Assembly (NCBI GenBank): GCA_000437855.1
Contig: FR902169.1
Span: 4,810 to 68,809, forward strand
Reading direction: 5' to 3'
Length of the DNA: 64,000 nucleotides
Source: Clostridium sp. CAG:567
GTDB taxonomy: Bacteria > Bacillota > Clostridia > TANB77 > CAG-508
Below are positions 19,558 to 27,068 of this stretch, piece after piece (the first letter of the stretch is position 1; every line of letters starts with the position of its first letter). The translations under genes and the position numbers were made by a program. The notes beneath the pieces are model-generated. The model did no database searches. It was given only the letters and a program-made list of their open reading frames with translations, and was not told where the DNA came from.

Positions 19558-20865
19558 TTATCTGTTTCTAATTTTCTTATTCCTATCAGTTTTTATCAAT
19601 GTATCTTCTCTTTCCTTATTTTGTATATTTCTATTATAATCATCTCTAATTATAAAATATTTCCCAACAATCCTATCACAAGCATTTCTTTGTGCATGAA
19701 TAATATCAATATTTTCAGTAAGTTCATTAATTTCTTTTTTAATTATATTTTTATCATTATCATTTGTAGCTTTATGATATTTTCTCCATAAATCTTCCCT
19801 TTTCCCTTTCAAGTTAGGTAATTTACATTCTAAATCTAATTTATAATTTTCTACTTCTTTAATAGACTCAAATTTGTGCCTAACTAGAAAATTTATTTCT
19901 TCAAATATCATATTATTTTTTCTCTTTTGCTTATAATACTCTGGTGTCATTTCTCTATATTCATTTTTAGCAGGTAATATTTTAAAAGCATATAAATAAT
20001 GCACATATAATCTATATAGTGAGCTTGTTTGCAATAAAAATTTATTTATTTTTGGTCCAGTATATAGTTTTCTATAATATTTCTTTTTAAAATTTGCAAC
20101 TGGTGGTAATTCTTCTTTCGAATATCTATAAATTCTTTCTTTAATTCCTTGAACTGAATATTTATCTCCAAAAGCCCTATCAATTCTTACATTTCTTGAA
20201 AAATAAGGTGTTTTCATTGTAAGATATTTGCCACCATCTTTAATATTTTCATAGCCTTTTGCTTTTAGAACTAATTTAAAGTCAGAATACTTTTTAACAG
20301 AATTTATTGCTTCATCCATATCAGTTATTATCTTTTGAATTTTTTCATCTCTACGGTTAAAATAATCAATATTATTTTGTCTAAATTCTTTTTCTTTATC
20401 AGCTTTAGGAGTATTTACAATAGATAGCCCATAATTTAAACATAATCTGTCAGAAGCTTCTTTCATAAATGCAATTTCTGCATTAGAATTATGATATTTA
20501 TTTCCATCTACAAAAGAAACAGAATTTATAATTATGTGATTATGGACATTTTGCTTATTTATATGAGTACAAATAACAACTTGATATTTATCTCCCCATA
20601 GTTCTTCAGCAAGTTCTTTTCCAATTTGATTCGCTTTTTCTGGAGGTACTTCATATCCTTTAAATGATTGTATTATATGATAACCTAATGTTTTGCCTTC
20701 TTTATGAAAGAATTTTTTTGTAAGTGCCATTTCTTCATAAGTAGTATCCACATTACAATTAATACCTGATACTAAAATTCCATGTTCTGTTTTTTCTCCA
20801 TTTTTACCATAATTGATAACTGCTTGTAAATTACTTTTAATTGTTTTTATTTTTATTACCGCCAT
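19558..20865 (-). CDS. Relaxase/mobilization nuclease (MobA/VirD2-type)
   Basis: N-terminal relaxase fold with histidine triad context HINKQNVHNHIIIN. The start is set at ATG 20865 (GGAGGTGA + 5 nt), not the track's GTG. Confidence 0.85.
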   Translation of the reverse strand: MAVIKIKTIKSNLQAVINYGKNGEKTEHGILVSGINCNVDTTYEEMALTKKFFHKEGKTLGYHIIQSFKGYEVPPEKANQIGKELAEELWGDKYQVVICTHINKQNVHNHIIINSVSFVDGNKYHNSNAEIAFMKEASDRLCLNYGLSIVNTPKADKEKEFRQNNIDYFNRRDEKIQKIITDMDEAINSVKKYSDFKLVLKAKGYENIKDGGKYLTMKTPYFSRNVRIDRAFGDKYSVQGIKERIYRYSKEELPPVANFKKKYYRKLYTGPKINKFLLQTSSLYRLYVHYLYAFKILPAKNEYREMTPEYYKQKRKNNMIFEEINFLVRHKFESIKEVENYKLDLECKLPNLKGKREDLWRKYHKATNDNDKNIIKKEINELTENIDIIHAQRNACDRIVGKYFIIRDDYNRNIQNKEREDTLIKTDRNKKIRNR

Positions 20866-20877
20866 TAAAATCACCTC

Positions 20878-21198
20878 CTATTCTCTTGAATATATTTTCT
20901 TTTGGAATTCTAAAATAAATTTATTAATAGTATTTCTTAAATAATCAAGTTCATCTGCCCCAGCATATCCTCTTATATTAACTCTAATTGCTATTTGATT
21001 TATATTATTTGCTATGCCAGAAATTTGTTTTGTAAATTCTCTTATTTCTTCTGTAGGTTGTTCTTTTATTTTATAACCTTTAATACAGCTTCTTAAAAAT
21101 TCAGATTCATTCAATCCTGCTTTTTTAGATTTTGTTTTTAATAAATTTTCTTCTTCTTGGTTTATCCAAAATTGTTTTTTGATTGTTTTTTCTCTCAT
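20878..21198 (-). CDS. mobC: MobC-family relaxosome accessory protein
   Basis: ISGIANNINQIAIRVN matches the MobC signature. Start ATG 21198 follows AAAGGAG. Confidence 0.8.
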   Translation of the reverse strand: MREKTIKKQFWINQEEENLLKTKSKKAGLNESEFLRSCIKGYKIKEQPTEEIREFTKQISGIANNINQIAIRVNIRGYAGADELDYLRNTINKFILEFQKKIYSRE

Positions 21199-21227
21199 AA
21201 TTTTATTTGCTCCTTTCAAAATTCTTT

Positions 21228-21361
21228 ATGGGGTTTGGGGAAAGAATTTCCCCATCAATTCATTTTTTCAAAAAATGACAAGCTGTATTTATACGGGAGT
21301 ATAAATGCGTCGCTTGCTTTAAATATTTCATTTGCCGATATGTGCCAATTTCTAACCCCAT
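21228..21361. other. Candidate oriT of the IME
   Basis: Immediately upstream of mobC. Hairpins GGGGAAA-gaa-TTTCCCC (21237-21253) and atttatac-ggga-gtataaat (21287-21306), bracketed by ATGGGGTT (21228) / AACCCCAT (21354). Confidence 0.4.
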
Positions 21362-21444
21362 TTTTAAAAAAATTGGTACAAAAAAAGAAGAAATCTCATT
21401 TGAAATCTCTTCTAAAAAGTATTTTTATTGCTACTAAATGTGAT

Positions 21445-21759
21445 TTATTTTTCTTTGATAACGCCTGTATCTTTTAAGTAAAAATACATCTCTTTACCAC
21501 CTAAAAGGAATATTTCCTTTTCCTCAAAATCACAAATTTCCATATAAATTTTAGCTAGTTTTTGGAACATTTTACATTCAGTTTCATTTAATATCATTTC
21601 TCTATCTTCTAGTATTAATTGTAAATTTGGATATTTATTCATAATATCATTGAATTTTTCCCTTAATTCTTTATATTCTTCATTTCTATTTATTAAATCA
21701 GTTTTTCTTTCTTCAATAGCCTCATTTAAATACATTTCATATAATCTTACTTCATCCAT
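21445..21759 (-). CDS. Hypothetical protein
   Basis: 104-aa acidic, helical ORF in the IME backbone operon. No motif recognised. Confidence 0.45.
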   Translation of the reverse strand: MDEVRLYEMYLNEAIEERKTDLINRNEEYKELREKFNDIMNKYPNLQLILEDREMILNETECKMFQKLAKIYMEICDFEEKEIFLLGGKEMYFYLKDTGVIKEK

Positions 21760-21770
21760 TTTGGTACCTC

Positions 21771-22166
21771 CTATACATAAATTAATTCACTTAATACAAT
21801 TTCTTCAACGCGATTTTTAATTGAATTCATCCTGCAAACCCATTCCATTTGATTAGTTTCTTTTAGTTTTTCAGTTACATTTTCTTGTTTTACTAACTGA
21901 GATATAATTGTTTTAATTCTATCTTCACAAGCAATATCTATCTCGTGTAAATATCTATTTAATTTGCCATCCATAAATAAAACGATATATTCGGCTTTTT
22001 TATGATTTTTTAAATAATTCAATTTCATTCTGCCATATTTTCCAATTGTATAATTTGTTTCTTCTGGATCTAATACTAAATTAGGCAAGTAATAATCTCC
22101 TTGTTTTATATATTCAATTCCTGTTTTTTCATCTACAAATCTATTTTTTACATTTTTATTTTCCAT
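21771..22166 (-). CDS. tnpV: TnpV-family transposon-encoded protein
   Basis: GDYYLPNL...IGKYGRMKLNYLKNH...VTEKLKETNQMEWVCRMNSIKNRVEEIVLSELIY follows the TnpV family pattern. ATG 22166 follows AAGGAGG. Confidence 0.7.
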   Translation of the reverse strand: MENKNVKNRFVDEKTGIEYIKQGDYYLPNLVLDPEETNYTIGKYGRMKLNYLKNHKKAEYIVLFMDGKLNRYLHEIDIACEDRIKTIISQLVKQENVTEKLKETNQMEWVCRMNSIKNRVEEIVLSELIYV

Positions 22167-22179
22167 TTTCAAATCCTCC

Positions 22180-22854
22180 TTAATCATTATTTTCTATCAA
22201 ATCGTTTAAATTGGTAATTCCGTTTGATTTTTTATAATTTTCAACGCTATCATTGGGTAAATTATAATTAACATATAGCTTGTCTAAATATCCAGGTGGA
22301 TAAACTCTGCCTTGATAACCACTTTTTTTACTCTGATAGCTTTTATAATTATTATTTATATATTTATTATTATTGCTATTATGGACTGTCGATTTTCTAC
22401 ACTCAGGAGTGTTGATTTCATGCTCTCCTGACTGCTGATTTTCGACACTCCTTAATTTATCTATTTTTTCACTTTCTATCATTCCTATGGTTTTGCCTAA
22501 ATAAATAATATTTGGCATATTTTTGCCTTGCTTTTTCTCTTTTATAAGATTACATTCTTTTAATTGTGCTATTGCACTATCAAGTGCAGCACGTTTTATA
22601 TGCATTTTTTCTTGTATTTCTTCTCTCTTAAAAATTACATACATATCGCCTTTTGCATCATAGAATTGTATTTTTTTGTTACTTTCTATTTGTTTGAATG
22701 ATAATTCCAACCTATCGGTTAAAATAGAATATAGTAACATAGCATTAGGTGATAGAACTTTATATTCTTCTCTATTTAATAATTCTCTTGGAAATTGTAT
22801 AAAACTTTCAAATGAAAGTTTATCTGTTTTCTTGAATGGGGCGAATTCATACAT
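22180..22854 (-). CDS. Replication initiator A (RepA_N) family protein
   Basis: N-terminal FIQFPRELLNREEYKVLSPNAMLLYSILTDRLELS is the RepA_N signature. Confidence 0.75.
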   Translation of the reverse strand: MYEFAPFKKTDKLSFESFIQFPRELLNREEYKVLSPNAMLLYSILTDRLELSFKQIESNKKIQFYDAKGDMYVIFKREEIQEKMHIKRAALDSAIAQLKECNLIKEKKQGKNMPNIIYLGKTIGMIESEKIDKLRSVENQQSGEHEINTPECRKSTVHNSNNNKYINNNYKSYQSKKSGYQGRVYPPGYLDKLYVNYNLPNDSVENYKKSNGITNLNDLIENND

Positions 22855-22890
22855 TATAGACCTCCTTTCATCTAACTTAAATCTAAATTG

Positions 22891-23010
22891 TTCTAGAAAA
22901 GTTCTAGAAAATAATCTTAAAACACTTGATATGACTGAATTTTATTCTTCGATAAATTTTATTTTTGAAATTTTTTATTTAGATTTCTGTTCTAGAAAAT
23001 TTTTCTAGAA
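22891..23010. repeat. Four TTCTAGAA palindromes upstream of repA, next to the right att
   Basis: ttctagaa at 22891, 22902, 22990 and 23003, arranged as two pairs with 11- and 13-bp spacing. Confidence 0.6.
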
Positions 23011-23147
23011 CAAAATTTGATGATGTAGAAGGTTTTTAAAAGACTTTAGACAGAAAAAATACGTTATTCCAATTTCTTGAAATAACGTATTTTATGCACT
23101 TTTGATATAATTTTCGTCCTTCTGTAGTTTTCTACAGAATTTACATT

Positions 23148-23163
23148 TTATGGTCGAGGCGAC
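23148..23163. repeat. att repeat (right), within the tRNA-Pro 3' end
   Basis: TTATGGTCGAGGCGAC, identical to 12851-12866. Confidence 0.85.
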
Positions 23164-23226
23164 AGGGATCGAACCTGCGACCTCATGGTCCCAAACCACG
23201 CGCGCTACCAACTGCGCTACGCCTCG
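23151..23226 (-). tRNA. tRNA-Pro (anticodon TGG)
   Basis: Minus strand reads CGAGGCG-TA-GCGC...anticodon loop TTTGGGA...TTCGATC...CGCCTCG-A-CCA. Full cloverleaf folded by hand. Confidence 0.9.
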
Positions 23227-23335
23227 ATTTTTTTCAGTACCTATATAATATAGCACACTTTTTTTATAATTGCAACATTTTTTTCAAAATTCTATTGAAT
23301 ATTTTTACTTTTCAATGTATAATAAGTATTATCAC

Positions 23336-23412
<77 letters not shown>

Positions 23413-23448
23413 ACAAAAGGATTGTACAACCGTACTATCCTTTTTATT

Positions 23449-23859
23449 TTATAATTTAATCTCAATAATCTCTTCAATTTGAACTTCTTCCCCATTTTCT
23501 AGTATAATTTTTCTATCATATTCATCTATTTTTACTACATTTTCTGTTACTTCAATATATTTTCCGCCATCTTTTTTAACATCTGGTATAAAATATGTAA
23601 CTGTAATTTTTGGCCTATTATGTATTTTTTCTTTTATTAAAAGCAATTTTTTATTTAAAATTGTCTTTTGTTCTTCATTTATTTCTATTCTACTATTAGT
23701 TTCCCTGGCTGTTTCTTTTATTACATCATCATATCCAGTTAATGCTGAAAAAGGTGCAAATTGTGCAGATCTTTCTTCTATTGTCATTCTTACATGTTTT
23801 TCAGATACATGATGTGGTAAATTTATTATATCGTTATATTTATCACTTTTTTCTAACAC
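23449..23859 (-). CDS. YolD-like protein (accessory to Y-family polymerase)
   Basis: DIINLPHHVSEKHVRMTIEERSAQFAPFSALTGY is the YolD-like signature. GTG start 4 nt after the polymerase stop. Confidence 0.75.
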   Translation of the reverse strand: MLEKSDKYNDIINLPHHVSEKHVRMTIEERSAQFAPFSALTGYDDVIKETARETNSRIEINEEQKTILNKKLLLIKEKIHNRPKITVTYFIPDVKKDGGKYIEVTENVVKIDEYDRKIILENGEEVQIEEIIEIKL

Positions 23860-23862
23860 CTT

Positions 23863-25362
23863 TTATTCTTTATGACCTCCTATTTGCTTATTTCTTTCAA
23901 TAGTTGTGCCCTCTTTTTGCAAATTCATTCCTTTTATTATAGCATTTTTTCCATATTTGTTTTTTATATTAATCATTGCTTTTTGTATTTCTTTTTCTGC
24001 TTCTTCTTTTTCTCTTTTTTTATTGACTTCTTTATAGTCTACAAATAAATTAATTTGCTCATAATTGCTATTTTGCACCATATTTTCATTTACCACATTA
24101 TTAACTGTAATATTGATTCTTCTTACTAAAAGTTGTTTATTAATAATTTGTTCATATAATTTTATTATATGTTCTGTAAGAACTTTGCTAGAAGATGTTT
24201 GATGGTCTATATTTATTGTTCCATGTGCATGTTTTGGTACTTTTCTTCCATATTTATCAGTTGTTATTTCTCCGTTATATTTGCTACTAATTGCTTGATT
24301 TTTCAAGTTATCTACATCATACCCAATTTCTAATACAATTTGATTTGCAACTAGCCCTTTTTCTACTAGATCTAGTGCAAGTAGTTCAGTCATTTCCTTT
24401 ACAATTAGTTTTGTATTTTCGTAATTGTATGGACAATGTAAAACTTGTCCAGAGCATATACTATTTGTAGCTGGTCTATATGCCTTAATACTCTCAATTG
24501 TTACATTTTCCCATCCCCAAGCATGGTCAATTAGTAGCTCTGCATTTACGCCAAATAATTTATATAGTAGTTCTTCATTTTTAACTGACATTTTAGCTAC
24601 ATCACCCATTGTGTACATTCCATGCTCTTCTAGTCTTTTTGAATAGCCTTTACCAACTCTCCAAAAATCTGTTAAAGGTCTGTGGCTCCAAAGTAATTTT
24701 CTATATGCCATTTCATCAAGACCAGCTATTCTTACACCATTGTTATCTGGTTTTGCATGCTTTGCTACAATGTCCATTGCTATTTTGCAAAGATATAAAT
24801 TAGTTCCAATTCCTGCGGTTGCTGTTATTCCTGTTGTTTTATAAACATCTTGCATTACTTTTGTTACTAACTCTTTTGCTCCCATATTATATGTTTTTAG
24901 GTAATGTGTAACATCTATAAATACCTCATCTATTGAATATACATATATATCATCAGATGAAAAATATTTTAAATATATATTATAAATTTTTGAACTGTAT
25001 TTCATATAATAAGCCATTCTTGGTGGTGCTATTATATAACTTAATTCTAAATTTTTATTTTTCTTTAATTCAATATCACTATATGATGATCCTGTAAATG
25101 TTCTATTTGTTGCCTTTCTTTTTCTGTATACATTTATCTCTTTTACTTTTTGAACAACTTCAAAAAGCCTTGCTCTACCTGGTATTCCATAGGATTTTAG
25201 TGCTGGGCTTACAGCAAGGCAAATTGTTTTTTCTGTTCTACTACTATCAGCAACTACTAAGTTTGTAGTAATTGGGTCTAGTCCTCTTTCTTTACATTCA
25301 ACAGAGGCATAAAAGCTTTTTAAATCTATTGCTACATATATTTTACTTTCTTCATTATGCAT
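23863..25362 (-). CDS. Y-family (UmuC/DinB-like) translesion DNA polymerase
   Basis: N-terminal AIDLKSFYASVE plus SIDEVFIDVT catalytic acidic motifs. 499 aa. Confidence 0.9.
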   Translation of the reverse strand: MHNEESKIYVAIDLKSFYASVECKERGLDPITTNLVVADSSRTEKTICLAVSPALKSYGIPGRARLFEVVQKVKEINVYRKRKATNRTFTGSSYSDIELKKNKNLELSYIIAPPRMAYYMKYSSKIYNIYLKYFSSDDIYVYSIDEVFIDVTHYLKTYNMGAKELVTKVMQDVYKTTGITATAGIGTNLYLCKIAMDIVAKHAKPDNNGVRIAGLDEMAYRKLLWSHRPLTDFWRVGKGYSKRLEEHGMYTMGDVAKMSVKNEELLYKLFGVNAELLIDHAWGWENVTIESIKAYRPATNSICSGQVLHCPYNYENTKLIVKEMTELLALDLVEKGLVANQIVLEIGYDVDNLKNQAISSKYNGEITTDKYGRKVPKHAHGTINIDHQTSSSKVLTEHIIKLYEQIINKQLLVRRINITVNNVVNENMVQNSNYEQINLFVDYKEVNKKREKEEAEKEIQKAMINIKNKYGKNAIIKGMNLQKEGTTIERNKQIGGHKE

Positions 25363-25436
25363 AGCAATCTTCCTTTCATCACTCTGTTTTATTATATCAA
25401 CTTATTTGCGTTTTGTAAACGCTTGTTTGTAAGTAA

Positions 25437-25664
25437 TTATTGTAAATTTTTAATACTTGGTGCATATATTGATTTTCCATCAATTGCATAAGACATTGAT
25501 TGATATATTTTTAAAAAGTAATAACCTGGTGCATTTATAATTGGGTAATGTTTTGCAATTACTACATTTTTTGCTGTAATAACATTTCCTTTTTCTGTTG
25601 TTACTTCATAATAGCCACCTTTTTCTTTTAAATCTATAACTTTTGTGTGTTCATATGCCATTGG
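25437..25664 (-). pseudogene. Internal fragment of an FAD-dependent oxidoreductase (remnant)
   Basis: ~70 codons (..YEVTTEKGNVITAKNVVIAKHYP..YFLKIYQSMSYAI..) resemble the middle of DAO-type flavoproteins. No N- or C-terminal parts are present. The track ORF's 'start' lies inside the adjacent inverted repeat. Confidence 0.35.
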
Positions 25665-25758
25665 GTGCCATTGGGGACGGAGAATTTTGGCACACATAAT
25701 AATATTTTACATCTTTTTAATTTAAAAATGTGCCAAAATTCTCCGTCCCCAATGGCAC
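25665..25758. repeat. Perfect 30-bp inverted repeat with 34-nt spacer (MITE-like or giant hairpin)
   Basis: gtgccattggggacggagaattttggcaca (25665-25694) is the exact reverse complement of 25729-25758. It starts 2 nt after the htrA-like stop. Confidence 0.9.
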
Positions 25759-25759
25759 A

Positions 25760-26896
25760 TTATTTTTTCGATAGTTTAACTGTAATGTTACTTTCTCTTT
25801 TATTACGTAAAACCTTAAATATAACCTCATCTCCAGGCTTTTTAGTATAAATGTAACTTCTCAAATCACACATTTTCTCAAGTGCGATTCCATCAACTTC
25901 CAATAATATATCTTTTTCTTTTATTCCATACATTTCTGCAGATGATTTGTTATTAACTTGTACCACATAAATTCCGTCATCAATTTCCAAATTATTATCT
26001 AAATAAGGTATTATATTTTTATCATAAGCAAATACACCCAAGTATGCTTCTTCAAACTCTCCTGATGTTACAAAACTTTGAATAATTGTTTTTACTATAT
26101 TTATTGGAATTGCAAACCCTATACCTTCTGCAGATGTAATTTTTACACTATTTATTCCTATAACTTCTCCACTTTCGTTTACAAGTGGTCCTCCACTATT
26201 TCCGGGGTTTATTGTAGCATCTGTTTGTATTAAATTTTCCATATATGAAGATTTTTCGTCTTCATTTAAAATTATTGTTCTATTTGTTGCACTTACAATT
26301 CCAGATGTTACAGTTCTTTGAAATTCAAACCCAATTGGATTTCCAATTGCATATACAATTTGTCCTAATTTCACATCAGATGAATTTCCTAAAGTTATAT
26401 ATTGCAAGTTTTTTGCATTTATTTTTACAATTGCCAAATCTAAATCTGTGCTTGACCATACAACATTTCCCTGATAACTTTTTCCTGTTGCAAGTGTTAC
26501 ATAACAATTACTATATTTTTCCCCTGAAACATGCTCATTTGTTAATATATAGCCATTTTCAGAAACTATAATTCCTGTTCCTAATCCCAATTTTGATGTT
26601 CCATCTTTTAAAAATATTGAATTTCCTGTGCTTTTTAATTTGGAAATTCCAACTACACTTTCAGTAACTCTCTCAAGCATTTGTGTAATAGTTTCATTTT
26701 CTTTTTTAGTTTTTTCAACAGTTTGCGATATTTTACTTGCCTCATAAGGTTTAATTATTTGTGTTGGTGTTTCAATATTAAAATACAAAATGTATGTAAG
26801 TGCCATAAGTATAGTTATTAAAATAATTATAAAAGTTGTTATAAAGTATTTTTTTACCCTATCTTTTCTTTGCTTTCTTCTTATATATTCTTCCAT
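25760..26896 (-). CDS. htrA: HtrA/DegP-family serine protease with PDZ domain
   Basis: N-terminal TM anchor, TNEHV (His), DLAIV (Asp), GNSGGPL (Ser), C-terminal PDZ. Confidence 0.9.
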   Translation of the reverse strand: MEEYIRRKQRKDRVKKYFITTFIIILITILMALTYILYFNIETPTQIIKPYEASKISQTVEKTKKENETITQMLERVTESVVGISKLKSTGNSIFLKDGTSKLGLGTGIIVSENGYILTNEHVSGEKYSNCYVTLATGKSYQGNVVWSSTDLDLAIVKINAKNLQYITLGNSSDVKLGQIVYAIGNPIGFEFQRTVTSGIVSATNRTIILNEDEKSSYMENLIQTDATINPGNSGGPLVNESGEVIGINSVKITSAEGIGFAIPINIVKTIIQSFVTSGEFEEAYLGVFAYDKNIIPYLDNNLEIDDGIYVVQVNNKSSAEMYGIKEKDILLEVDGIALEKMCDLRSYIYTKKPGDEVIFKVLRNKRESNITVKLSKK

Positions 26897-26993
26897 TGTG
26901 CCCTCCTTTTGCTAAAATTATGAACACAAAAAATAATTTTAATCATAATTAAAATAAATTCCCATATTTCCCCATTTTTTTACTATATTTTCA

Positions 26994-27022
26994 TTGATTT
27001 TTAGCATTATTTCATATATAAT
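26994..27022 (+). promoter_or_regulatory. Putative sigma-A promoter of the NRPS gene
   Basis: TTGATT, 17 nt, TATAAT, about 45 nt upstream of the ATG. Confidence 0.45.
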
Positions 27023-27068
27023 TTACCTAGAATTTTTGTGAAAACACTAATAAAGGGGATTTTTCATT

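Larger units (their letters stand above)
12851..23163. mobile_element. ~10.3-kb integrative mobilizable element (IME) inserted in the 3' end of tRNA-Pro(TGG)
   Basis: Exact 16-bp direct repeat TTATGGTCGAGGCGAC at both ends (the right copy is the tRNA 3' end). Contains int, xis, mobC, relaxase, repA_N and tnpV. Confidence 0.8.

Noticed and set aside
21157-21477. 106-aa plus-strand ORF across the mobC upstream region
   Set aside because: It covers the hairpin-rich candidate oriT and overlaps the mobC 5' end. No RBS.
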